A stretch of 64,000 nt of DNA, from assembly GCA_965248355.1 (NCBI GenBank), contig OZ252098.1, forward strand, positions 1,056,001-1,120,000. The letters run 5' to 3'. The notes beneath the pieces were generated by a model. That model was not told the DNA's origin and ran no database searches. It was given only the letters and a program-made list of their open reading frames with translations. The number at the start of each line of letters is the position of its first letter. Within the stretch, counting starts at the first letter, position 1. Positions 1 to 10,561 of the stretch are shown one piece after another. The stretch is from Candidatus Latescibacterota bacterium. GTDB taxonomy: Bacteria > Latescibacterota > UBA2968 > UBA8231. Position numbers and translations under genes: made by a program.

Positions 1-1554
1 GCCCACGACGAACGGGACCACGCCTTCGCCCTCAAGTACGGCATCCCCGTCATCCAGGTCGTCGAGCCCCCCCCGGAGGCCGCCGGGGAGTTTCCCTACG
101 CGGGCGACGGAAGGTCGATCAACTCCCCCGGCGCAAGGGCAGGCGATCCGGCGGGGGAGGCCCATCCCTTCTGCATTTCGGGCTTGCCTACGGCCGAGGC
201 CAAGTCCCGCATCGTCGAGGCGCTGGAACAGGCAGGCCTGGGCCGCAGCGCTGTCAGCTACCGCCTTCGCGACTGGGTCTTTTCGCGTCAGCGCTATTGG
301 GGGGAACCCTTCCCCTTGGCGACGCACCCCGATGGGTACACCGTGGCCACCGGCCTGCCCGTGCGGCTGCCGGAGCGCGAGGATTTCAGGCCCACCACCT
401 CGGAGGATCCTGACACCCCGCTGAAGCCGCCTCTCGGACGAGCCGGACGGGAATGGACCCAGGTGGAGGTGGACGGCCAGACCTGTGACCGCGAGCTCAA
501 CGTCATGCCCCAATGGGCGGGCTCTTGCTGGTACTTCCTGCGGTTCATCGATCCCCACAACGACCGGGCCTTCTGCGACCCGGACAAGGAGAGGAGCTTC
601 ATGCCCGTCGATCTCTACATCGGCGGGGCCGAGCACGCCGTGCTGCACCTGCTGTACGCCAGGTTCTGGCACAAGGCGCTCTTCGACCTGGGGCACGTGA
701 GCTCTCCGGAGCCCTTCAAGAAGCAGTTCAGTCAGGGCATGGTCACCGCCGACGCCTTCACCGACCACCGCGGGGTGTACATCGACATCCGCCAGGTGGC
801 CTTCGACGCCAACGGCGAACCCGTTCACGCCCAGACAGGGCAGAGGCTGACCCGATTCCGCGGCAAGATGGGAAAACGCTACAAGAACGGCCCGCCCCCG
901 GAAGAGGTGGGGGAGGAGTACGGCGTCGACACACTGCGATTGTACGAGATGTACATGGGACCCCTGGAGCAGAGCGCCCCCTGGAGCATGGAGGGCATCC
1001 GCGGCATGCAGCGGGTCCTGCAGCGCATCTGGAGAAACCTGGTGGCCCAGGACGGGTCGGCCAAGATCGACGACGGCCCCGCACCCGACGGGCTGCGCAG
1101 GCTTCTGCATCGGACCACTGAGAGGATTACCTCCGACCTGGAGGCTCTCCGCTTCAATACCGCCATTGCCGCCCTGATCGAGCTCAACAACGAGCTGGTC
1201 CCGCTCGAGAGAGTGCCGGCGGAGGTGGCCCGGACGCTCATTCTCCTCCTGCACCCCCTGGCCCCACATCTCGGCGAGGAGCTCTGGGAGCGCTGCGGCT
1301 TTGGATCCGGGGATCTCTCCGCCCAGCCCTGGCCCGATTTCGACGAAGCCCTGACCAGGCGCGACACAATCGTTCTACCCGTGCAGGTCAACGGCAAAGT
1401 CCGGGCAACCATAGAGGTGCCGGCCACGACCTCCGAGGAGGCGGTGCGCCAGCAGGTGCTCGGCCTGGAGAATATCCAGAGACACCTGCCGGATTCGGGA
1501 CAGATAAAGAGACTGATCCTCGTCCCTGGGAGAATCGTGAACATCGTGGTCTGA
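1..1554 (+). CDS. leuS: Leucine--tRNA ligase (5' truncated by window)
   Basis: Frame 1 is open from base 1 (AHDERDHAFA). Motifs YRLRDWVFSRQRYWGEP, MPQWAGSCWY, YIGGAEHAVLHLLYARFWHK, VQVNGKVR. Confidence 0.98.
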   Translation, partial: AHDERDHAFALKYGIPVIQVVEPPPEAAGEFPYAGDGRSINSPGARAGDPAGEAHPFCISGLPTAEAKSRIVEALEQAGLGRSAVSYRLRDWVFSRQRYWGEPFPLATHPDGYTVATGLPVRLPEREDFRPTTSEDPDTPLKPPLGRAGREWTQVEVDGQTCDRELNVMPQWAGSCWYFLRFIDPHNDRAFCDPDKERSFMPVDLYIGGAEHAVLHLLYARFWHKALFDLGHVSSPEPFKKQFSQGMVTADAFTDHRGVYIDIRQVAFDANGEPVHAQTGQRLTRFRGKMGKRYKNGPPPEEVGEEYGVDTLRLYEMYMGPLEQSAPWSMEGIRGMQRVLQRIWRNLVAQDGSAKIDDGPAPDGLRRLLHRTTERITSDLEALRFNTAIAALIELNNELVPLERVPAEVARTLILLLHPLAPHLGEELWERCGFGSGDLSAQPWPDFDEALTRRDTIVLPVQVNGKVRATIEVPATTSEEAVRQQVLGLENIQRHLPDSGQIKRLILVPGRIVNIVV

Positions 1555-1604
1555 CGAATGGTCCAAGAGCGGCAACCCCAAGTGAGGGACAGGACATATC
1601 CTTA

Positions 1605-1632
1605 GATACGCATAATTTTGTTTATGTATACA
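1605..1632 (+). other. dif-like Xer recombination site 1
   Basis: GATACGCATAA-TTTTGT-TTATGTATACA: 11-6-11 layout resembling E. coli dif GGTGCGCATAA-TGTATA-TTATGTTAAAT, in an AT-rich patch. Confidence 0.65.
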
Positions 1633-1657
1633 CCGCAGCAAGGGCTCGCGGGTGGAT

Positions 1658-1685
1658 TATTTACATAATGCCGATTATATGGCTA
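1658..1685 (-). other. dif-like Xer recombination site 2 (left end of element)
   Basis: Minus strand TAGCCATATAA-TCGGCA-TTATGTAAATA; near-canonical XerD arm, divergent XerC arm. Confidence 0.7.
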
Positions 1686-1709
1686 TCGATGGAAGACCTC
1701 GTCCTCCAT

Positions 1710-1738
1710 TTGACAAGTGGAAGGTTACTTGGTATAAT
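1710..1738 (+). promoter_or_regulatory. Perfect-consensus sigma70 promoter for the recombinase
   Basis: TTGACA (1710-1715), 17 bp spacer, TATAAT (1733-1738), with an extended -10 TG at 1730-1731. Confidence 0.9.
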
Positions 1739-1782
1739 ATCCCTTATAGAAAGTAACGACCTCGTAACAAGGGCCTGAGAGC

Positions 1783-2742
1783 ATGCCCTCCAGTCGCAGC
1801 CCACAGACGGCCCCGGCAACCAGCAATCGTACCGACCTCCAGGTTCCCGTCTCCCAGGGCCTGGCCGATCTCTTCAGCGCTTCCATTTCCAGGAACACGG
1901 CCAAGGCCTACGAGGCCGCCCTTGTCCGCCTCGACGCCCGACTTGTCGGCGCGGCTCTTACAGATCACGCCTTCGCCGAATATCTCACCGAACTCCACCA
2001 CGAAGGCCGGGCCCCGAGCTCCATCGCCCTCGTCGTCTCCGCCGTGAAGTTCCGGGCCAAGCTCCAGGGCGTGTCGTCGCCGGTCGGTCCCATCACCAGC
2101 CGTGCCCTCGCCGGCATCCGGCGGGCCGGGAAATACCGCGGTCAGGGGCAGGTGCAAGGTGTCGGGTTTGCAGCCGCCGACGCTGCGGCCGCGGTCGCCG
2201 GCAGCGACGGCCAGAACCTCGCCGGCCTCCGCGACGCCGCATTGATCGCCATCGCCTCCGATGGCCTGTTGCGGGTCTCCGAAATCGCCGCTATCCAGGC
2301 CGCTGATGTAGAGCAAGCGGACGACGGCAGCGGCCGACTGACGATTCGCAGCTCAAAGACCGACCAGGAAGGGGCCGGCCAAGTGCTCTATCTGGGCGCC
2401 TCCACAATGCGCCGGGTGACGGCCTGGACCACCGCCGCCGGAATCACCTCGGGACCGCTGTTCGTCAGGGTCCGAAAGAACGGCCGCCTCGGCGACAAGG
2501 CCTTGTCCGCCGTCTCGGTCCGGCAGATCATCCGCACCCGATGCAAAGCCGCGGGCGTGGAGGGGCGCCTCTCAGGCCACTCCCTGAGGGTGGGAGGAGC
2601 CCAGTCCCTGGCGGCCGGGGGCGCCTCTGTCGTGGAAATGCAGCAGGCCGGCCGCTGGCAGTCGCCGAACATGCCCGGACACTATGCCAAAGGTCAGTTG
2701 GCCGCCCGGGGCGCTGTCGCTCGCATCCGCTACGGCCAGTAA
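1783..2742 (+). CDS. Cre-like tyrosine recombinase/integrase
   Basis: Catalytic set: R (GLLRVSEI), K (SKTDQ), HxxR (SGHSLRVG), W (GRWQS), Y (MPGHY). N-terminal core-binding domain (SRNTAKAY). Confidence 0.93.
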   Translation: MPSSRSPQTAPATSNRTDLQVPVSQGLADLFSASISRNTAKAYEAALVRLDARLVGAALTDHAFAEYLTELHHEGRAPSSIALVVSAVKFRAKLQGVSSPVGPITSRALAGIRRAGKYRGQGQVQGVGFAAADAAAAVAGSDGQNLAGLRDAALIAIASDGLLRVSEIAAIQAADVEQADDGSGRLTIRSSKTDQEGAGQVLYLGASTMRRVTAWTTAAGITSGPLFVRVRKNGRLGDKALSAVSVRQIIRTRCKAAGVEGRLSGHSLRVGGAQSLAAGGASVVEMQQAGRWQSPNMPGHYAKGQLAARGAVARIRYGQ

Positions 2743-2797
2743 GCCCTTCGGGCACTGGGACCAGGGGCCAGCCCTGTTCAGGCTCCCTTCAATCTGA

Positions 2798-2825
2798 AAC
2801 AAACATAATCTATATTATGCGCCTA
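2798..2825 (-). other. dif-like Xer recombination site 3 (right end of element)
   Basis: Minus strand TAGGCGCATAA-TATAGA-TTATGTTTGTT; near-canonical XerC arm and spacer, degenerate outer XerD arm. Confidence 0.75.
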
Positions 2826-2854
2826 CTAAAGGCTGGCCGAAGTGGATCGGGCCG

Positions 2855-4648
<1,794 letters not shown>

Positions 4649-4650
4649 GC

Positions 4651-5229
4651 TCAGAGCTCCGGCGTGATCTCCGAGACCCGGCGCTCGAACTCGGCCTGGG
4701 TCAGGCGCCCTTCCTCCAGATCCTGCCGGGCCCGGGCCAGACGCTCCCGTGGACTGCCCTCTCTCCGGTGCCTGCGGGCCTGCTGCACCAGATTGTACAG
4801 GCCGAAGAGGAGGAGGCCGCCCACGACGGCCAGCCATGCGAGCTCCCGCAGCCAGCGCCGATTGTCGGCCCCCATGACCACGGTCACACCGGAGGTGCGC
4901 CAACGAGCGAGCGCCTCGAGCACCAGGGCCCCTTCGGGCATGGGCAGGATGACATCCTTCGCGAGGACCCGGTGGCCCGCCTGCTCGATGACCACCGGTT
5001 GCCGCAGCCGTCCGATCAGCCTTCCCTCGGCCACCTCGACCCGCTCGACCATGTCCTGGGACACCAACTCCTCCATCCGTTCCAGGCCGATGCGGGTCTC
5101 GGCCGGAGCCAGCAGGCTGAGCAGGAGAAGGAGGCCGAGCAGGCCCGACGCAAGGAGCAGGGCCAGCGAGGTAGGCGACAAGGTGGGCGTCGGCTCGGGG
5201 CTTCCCCCCGCCTCAGGGGCTGTTGTCAC
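4651..5229 (-). CDS. Two-TM membrane protein with FtsH-extracellular-like region and C-terminal SHOCT-like motif
   Basis: GTG overlaps the upstream stop; two hydrophobic segments; C-terminus LEEGRLTQAEFERR. Confidence 0.65.
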   Translation of the reverse strand: MTTAPEAGGSPEPTPTLSPTSLALLLASGLLGLLLLLSLLAPAETRIGLERMEELVSQDMVERVEVAEGRLIGRLRQPVVIEQAGHRVLAKDVILPMPEGALVLEALARWRTSGVTVVMGADNRRWLRELAWLAVVGGLLLFGLYNLVQQARRHRREGSPRERLARARQDLEEGRLTQAEFERRVSEITPEL

Positions 5230-6092
5230 GTGAGCTCTCCCACGCCCAGCCGACGTCCGAGGCGAGCCGCCCGGCGCACCCATTCGCTCAACAACAGGGC
5301 CCGGCGGAGGTCCTTCGCCAGTGGGTCGGGGGTCGTCTCCCGGCCCTGAAGGGCGGCGAGGAGCTCCTCGTACTGGCGCCGCAGACCGGTCATGCGGGCC
5401 TCGTGCAGATCCTCGTGGACGAGGGCCCGGCCTCCGTGGCCGTAGAGCTCGAAGTCGACGTCGGCCTCCGTCTCCGTTCCAAGGGCGTGAACCTCCAGCA
5501 GGGCCTCCAGGCCGTTGACGAACTCGAGGTGAGCGAGAGCCAGATCCTCCTCCGGCCGGTTGCGCACCAGGGCCCTGGTGTGCGCGGCGACCGTGTCGAT
5601 CCGGCCGAAGAGCTCCTCCAGCAGCAGCGGCGCCCAGAGGTACTGGGAGCCGAGCAGACCGTCGGTCCCGGCCCAGGCTCGCGGCACCCTGACCCGGAGG
5701 CGGGCGTAGACCGGCCCTTCGACCCGGGCCGCGGAGAGACGTGCCTCGTCGGCAAACCCCGAGTGAAGGCTTGGCGCGTCGATCCGCAGCATGCCCTGCC
5801 GCTGCGTCGCCGCCAGAACGGCCGCCAACTCTCCCACCCGGCGCCAACTGGTGGGCGGACAGGCGCACAGGACCCCGTGCCCCGACTCCAGGGCGTGGCG
5901 AATCCAGTATCCGCGCTCCGTCGGTGGAGAGAGCACGGCGACCATGCCCACACGGGGGTCGGCCAACCGTTCCTCCGGGCCTTCTTTCGGTCCTGGCTCG
6001 AGCACGTGCAGACCGGCCACGGAGCGGATGGCCGCCAGATGACGCGCGCGCTCCGAGTGCCCCAGGACGGCGACACCCACCGCTTCGGACAC
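5226..6092 (-). CDS. Divergent Gfo/Idh/MocA family oxidoreductase
   Basis: LADPRVGMVAVLSPP...ALESGHGVLC, EDLALAHLEFVNG; family layout with degenerate motifs. Start approximate. Confidence 0.65.
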   Translation of the reverse strand: MSEAVGVAVLGHSERARHLAAIRSVAGLHVLEPGPKEGPEERLADPRVGMVAVLSPPTERGYWIRHALESGHGVLCACPPTSWRRVGELAAVLAATQRQGMLRIDAPSLHSGFADEARLSAARVEGPVYARLRVRVPRAWAGTDGLLGSQYLWAPLLLEELFGRIDTVAAHTRALVRNRPEEDLALAHLEFVNGLEALLEVHALGTETEADVDFELYGHGGRALVHEDLHEARMTGLRRQYEELLAALQGRETTPDPLAKDLRRALLLSEWVRRAARLGRRLGVGELT

Positions 6093-6212
6093 GAGACTCC
6101 GTCTCCAGGCTTCAGGGATTCTCGGGGAGGGCAAGGATGATACGGGCCATGCCGCCCCAGGCCAAGAACCCCATGGAGCAGGTCGGGAGGCAACCCTCCG
6201 AGGCCGCGCCCC

Positions 6213-7214
6213 TCAAGGCTTCCCGGAGCCCTCCGCCGGCCCCCTCTCCCCTGTCGCCCTCCTGTGCATCTGCCGGATGAGGCGCTTGTTGAACTCCTGG
6301 GCCGCATGGTAGCCGTCGATCCGGAGCAGGTAGTTGAAGGCGATCGTCTCGGCGATGACGGTGACGTTCTTTCCAGGATAGATCGGCACCATGACCTCGG
6401 GGATCTCGGCCCCGAGAATGGTGAAGGCGCGATCCTCGATGCCGGTGCGCTCGTAATCGAGCCCCTCCTGCCAGTCCACCAGGGTCAGGACGACCTCGAC
6501 TCGTTTCTGCCTGCGGGTTCCGCCGACGCCGAAGAGTCGCTTCACATCCACGATGCCGATCCCCCGGATCTCGATGTGGTCCTGCAGCAACCGCGGCGGC
6601 CGGCCCATGAGCAGGCCCTGGGACTGGCGGGTAATGATGACGGTGTCATCCGCGACGAGACGGTGGCCGCGCTCCACGAGATCGAGGCCGACCTCGCTCT
6701 TGCCGATGCCGCTGCGGCCCATGATCAGAAGGCCCACCCCGTGGACATCGACGAGGGTGCCGTGCAGGGTCGCCTGCGGGGCGAAGTGATCGTCCAGGTA
6801 GAAGTGCAGGAGGTGGATGAACTTGGTCGTGTCGAACTCCGAGCGCAGCAGAGGGATCCCGCACTGGTCGGCGAGGCGGCGCAGCTCGGGCAACAGCCGG
6901 CCCCGGCCGGTGACGACCACGCACGGGAGCTCGAACTGATAGAGGATCTCCAACGCCTGGCGGCGCCGGTCGGGTGACAGGCTTCTCAGGTACTCCAGCT
7001 CATGGTTGCCGAGGATCTGAACCAGGTTGAAGGTGAAGACCTCGACGAACCCGGTCAGGGTCAATCCGGGTCGATGGACATCGCTGCTGTTGATCACCCG
7101 GCCCATGCCCTGCCCGCCGGCCACCAGGCGCAACCCGAGGCGGCGTCCATACCGCTTGAGCAGGCTCTCGATCTTCATCTGCGCCTCGGTGCGGCCACCT
7201 GCGGTGGTGCTCAT
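6213..7214 (-). CDS. hprK: HPr kinase/phosphorylase
   Basis: HRPGLTLTG, HGTLVDVHGVGLLIMGRSGIGKSE, GHRLVADD, IEIRGIGI. Confidence 0.97.
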   Translation of the reverse strand: MSTTAGGRTEAQMKIESLLKRYGRRLGLRLVAGGQGMGRVINSSDVHRPGLTLTGFVEVFTFNLVQILGNHELEYLRSLSPDRRRQALEILYQFELPCVVVTGRGRLLPELRRLADQCGIPLLRSEFDTTKFIHLLHFYLDDHFAPQATLHGTLVDVHGVGLLIMGRSGIGKSEVGLDLVERGHRLVADDTVIITRQSQGLLMGRPPRLLQDHIEIRGIGIVDVKRLFGVGGTRRQKRVEVVLTLVDWQEGLDYERTGIEDRAFTILGAEIPEVMVPIYPGKNVTVIAETIAFNYLLRIDGYHAAQEFNKRLIRQMHRRATGERGPAEGSGKP

Positions 7215-8139
7215 CCCCCTCCCTCCCTGGCAATGGCGTCGGCGTGGGCCCGCCGAAACCCCTCGTAGCGGCTGCTGGAGATCCGCCCGGCCTCGACCCT
7301 GGCCTGGATGGCGCATCCCGGCTCGTGGATGTGCGTGCAGTCACGGAACCGGCATTGACCGGTGAGAGGCTTCATCTCCCGGTAGTACTGGACCAGTTCC
7401 GACGAGCTCACTCCCCATGGCTGCAGCTGCTTGGGGCCGGGAGTGTCGCCCACGTACCCCCCGCTGCGCAACCGGTGCAGGGAAACCGCCGTCGTCGTGT
7501 GGCGCCCCCGGTCGTGGTGGCGCATCAACTCCTGGGTCCTCAGGCCGAGTCCCGGTTCCAGCCGGTTCAGGATCGACGACTTGCCCACCCCCGAGGCACC
7601 GAACAGCACCGACACTCCTTCGCGAAAGGAATCGACCAGCCGCTCCATCCCGGCCCCCGTGCGGGCGCTGACCTCGAGCACGGGGTAGGAGAGATCCCGG
7701 TAGAGCTCGACCAGGGGGCGGCGGCTGTCCCCCGCATCGACATCGATCTTGTTGACGCAGATCACGATCTCCTCGATTCCACCGCTCGCGGCCATGACCA
7801 GGGCCCGGTCGATAAACCCCGTGCTCGGCGCCGGATCGCGGGCGGCGACGACAACGAGGAAACGGTCGAGGTTCGAGGCGATGACCTGCCGGGTCGGACG
7901 CCCGCCGGTGGCCACGCGGGACAGGTTGGAGGTACGGGGCAGGACCGATTCGATCACTCCCCGACAGGCTTCGGTCCGGATCACGTTGACCAGGTCCCCG
8001 GCCACGACGGGGGAACGTTCCTCCCGCGGACCGGCCTTCAGCCCTCCCCGGAGCTGGCAGAGGATCTCTCCCCCCTCGAGGCCGACCAGGACCTCCCAGC
8101 CGGAGACGCGCAGGGCCCGGCCGCACCGCTCCCGGTCAC
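7211..8139 (-). CDS. rsgA: Ribosome small subunit-dependent GTPase A (apparent 1-nt frameshift just after the start)
   Basis: NKID, GASGVGKSS, GRHTTT, DTPG, CRFRDCTHIHEPGC. The likely GTG at 8139 is out of frame by one base. Confidence 0.9.
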
Positions 8140-8858
8140 TCGCCGCGTGCGAGGCGCTCTGCCGCGTAGGCTGGCCAGCCGAGGTCGTGGATCTTCTCCT
8201 GGGTGCGGCGCAGGGGATACTCGGTGCGCCGAAGCTCGACGTGTTCGGCATCGACGTCCCACAGAGCGAAGCTGGCGCGGGGGTCGCCGTCGCGAGGCTG
8301 CCCCACGCTGCCCGTGTTGACCAGGTAGCGGTGCCGTCCGATGGCCACCTCCGAGGAGGTAAGCAGGATGGGCCCGGCCTCCGTCTGACAGAACAGGGCC
8401 GGGTGATGGGTGTGGCCCACGAAGGCGATGCGCCACTCCAGCTGCTCCATGCACCAGCGCACGTGTTCCAGCAGGTACAGGTTCTGCCATTCCTCCGGAC
8501 AGACGGGGTTGGCATGAGCGAAGACTCCGTGCCCTTCGACGTGGCGATAGGCGAAGCTCCGTATGTAGTCGAGCTCCTTCCTCTCCACGAGGGACCGGGA
8601 ACCCAGAAGGGTGTCGCGCGCCACGGCGTTCAACTCGTGGATCCGCTGTCCGTCGACCAGGGCCTGATCGTGATTCCCGAGAACGCAGACCGCGCCGGCC
8701 TCCCGCAACCGGTGGATGCAGGCCACGGGGTCCGGACCGTAGCCCACCAGGTCTCCCAGCACGAGGAGCTGGTCGGCGCCCTCCCGGTCGACGGCGATGA
8801 GAACCGCTTCGAGGGCTTCGAGGTTTCCGTGGATGTCGGACAGGACGGCCAGCAGCAT
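8136..8858 (-). CDS. Metallophosphoesterase
   Basis: DIHGN, GDLVGYGP, GNHD, GHTH, GSVGQPRDGD. Confidence 0.92.
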   Translation of the reverse strand: MLLAVLSDIHGNLEALEAVLIAVDREGADQLLVLGDLVGYGPDPVACIHRLREAGAVCVLGNHDQALVDGQRIHELNAVARDTLLGSRSLVERKELDYIRSFAYRHVEGHGVFAHANPVCPEEWQNLYLLEHVRWCMEQLEWRIAFVGHTHHPALFCQTEAGPILLTSSEVAIGRHRYLVNTGSVGQPRDGDPRASFALWDVDAEHVELRRTEYPLRRTQEKIHDLGWPAYAAERLARGE

Positions 8859-8860
8859 GA

Positions 8861-9805
8861 TCACTGGAAGAGCGCGCTGATCGAGGTCTCTTCGTGAATG
8901 GCCCGGATGGCGTCGGCGAAATGCCGGGCCACGGAGACGACGGCGAGCTTGCTCTGGCCGGTCCGCGGCGGTTGCGGCACGGTGTCGGTAACGACGAGAG
9001 ACTCCAGCGTCGATTCCTCGATGCGGCTGGCCGCGTCGGCCGCCAGGGTCCCGTGCACGCAGCCGGCGTGGACGGAACGGGCCCCCCGGGCCAGGACGGC
9101 CTGGGCTCCATCGAGGATGGAGTCCCCGGTGATGATCTCGTCGTCGAAGAGCAGCACGTCCCGGCCCTCCACGGCACCGATGACGCCATGTACCTGGGTA
9201 TCTCCGCCTGCGGTCTGGCGATTGTCGATCACCACCAGGGGCAACCCGAGATGGCGGGCATAGGCCTCGGTCACCTTGGCACGGCTGATGTCGGGAGCCG
9301 CGGCGACACAACGGGACAGCTCCAGGCGGTCGGCGAAGTGACCGCAGATCGAGGGCACGCCGCTCAACTGGTCGATGGGGATGCGGCAGAAGCCCATGGT
9401 CTGGGGGCTGTGCAAGGTCATCGTCAGGATCCGGTCGGCCCCGGCCTCGACGAGGAGATCCGCCACGAGACGGGCTGCCACCGAGATGCGCGGCTCGTCC
9501 TTGCTGTCGGCCAGGGCGTAGGGATAGTACGGCAGGACCGCGGTGACACGGCCGGCGGAGGCGTACTTCAGGGCGTCGAGGGCGATGAGCGATTCCATCA
9601 GGTGGTCGCTCACGGGCGGGCAGGAGGTCTGGATCAGGAAGACGTCACAGCCGCGCACGTTCTCGCAGATCTTGACCTTTACGTTCTCGTTGCTGAAGCA
9701 GACGAACTCGATCTTCCCCGGCTCGATGCCGAGGGAGCGGCAGATCCCCTCGGCCAGGTCCGGGTTGCTGTTGCCCGCGAATACCTTGAGTGTCCTGTCG
9801 CCCAT
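8861..9805 (-). CDS. prs: Ribose-phosphate pyrophosphokinase paralog (catalytically degenerate)
   Basis: Full-length PRS fold (ENVRGCDVFLIQT, VVTDTVP), but YALADSK and IDNRQ replace conserved Arg/Lys residues. Confidence 0.85.
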   Translation of the reverse strand: MGDRTLKVFAGNSNPDLAEGICRSLGIEPGKIEFVCFSNENVKVKICENVRGCDVFLIQTSCPPVSDHLMESLIALDALKYASAGRVTAVLPYYPYALADSKDEPRISVAARLVADLLVEAGADRILTMTLHSPQTMGFCRIPIDQLSGVPSICGHFADRLELSRCVAAAPDISRAKVTEAYARHLGLPLVVIDNRQTAGGDTQVHGVIGAVEGRDVLLFDDEIITGDSILDGAQAVLARGARSVHAGCVHGTLAADAASRIEESTLESLVVTDTVPQPPRTGQSKLAVVSVARHFADAIRAIHEETSISALFQ

Positions 9806-9811
9806 GGTTTC

Positions 9812-10483
9812 TCAGGGAAGCAGGGCCAGTTGCTCGCGGGCCCGCTGAGCGACGGTCGTCTTCGAATACTCCCCAATCACCCGTTCCAGCGCTTCCCGCT
9901 GGCGAGCCCCATCGTCCAGCAGCCGGAAACAGCGGGCGGCATCCATCAGGGCGATCGCCGAGGGCGGGTGGTCGGAATGGTCGTCGGCGTAGGCCACGAA
10001 GGCCTGGGCCGCGGCGGCGAGGTCCCCCTGGGCCTCGAGACAGGCCGCCAGCCCGGTGCGGGCGGCGAACACCAGGGGCGGCTGGTCCCCGTGCTCATCG
10101 AGGTAGCGCTGATACAGCCGCTGGGCGTCGACGTACCGGCCGAGGGTGAAGTAGCGGTTGGCGAGGAGGATGATCCCATGGGACGCCGCCGGCGTTCCCG
10201 CGTACTCCTCGATCAGCTGCTGGGCGATCCCCACGACCCGGTCGATCTGCCCCGATTGCTCGGCCAGGTTGGCCTCGAAGATCATGGCCGCCGCCCGGCT
10301 GCGGGCCTCGAGGCGCTGGCCCTGCAGGAAACTGGCGATGACGATGACGGCCACCACCGCCACCGCGCCGCCGATGAACAGCTGGGCCCGGCTCTTGACG
10401 TACTCCACGGCCCGGAGGATCCACTCGAGAAACCTGTCCTCCTCCAGGTCCGCCTTGCTCGGTCGCCGGTTACGCTCCTCCAT
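9812..10483 (-). CDS. Single-TM TPR protein (YfgM-like)
   Basis: DLEEDRF N-terminus, one TM helix, TPR-like helices. Confidence 0.75.
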   Translation of the reverse strand: MEERNRRPSKADLEEDRFLEWILRAVEYVKSRAQLFIGGAVAVVAVIVIASFLQGQRLEARSRAAAMIFEANLAEQSGQIDRVVGIAQQLIEEYAGTPAASHGIILLANRYFTLGRYVDAQRLYQRYLDEHGDQPPLVFAARTGLAACLEAQGDLAAAAQAFVAYADDHSDHPPSAIALMDAARCFRLLDDGARQREALERVIGEYSKTTVAQRAREQLALLP

Positions 10484-10561
10484 GGGGCTCCTCTCCGGGC
10501 GGGGCCGGTCTCCGTTCGGGGTGGGCCGCATGGGCCACGGGAGGCCGGTAGGTGATCGGAA

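Larger units (their letters stand above)
1658..2825. mobile_element. Putative minimal dif-integrated element carrying only a tyrosine recombinase
   Basis: Recombinase gene and promoter lie between two directly oriented dif-like sites, inserted between convergent leuS and mutL. Confidence 0.6.

Noticed and set aside
1783..2742. Calling the recombinase xerC/xerD or an integron integrase
   Set aside because: It has Cre-type SKTDQ and GRW motifs rather than LLGH/HSFATH, lacks the IntI insertion, and no attC cassettes are seen.
6093..6212. Possible ncRNA or small ORF between hprK and the oxidoreductase
   Set aside because: No recognisable RNA family motif or convincing RBS/ORF.
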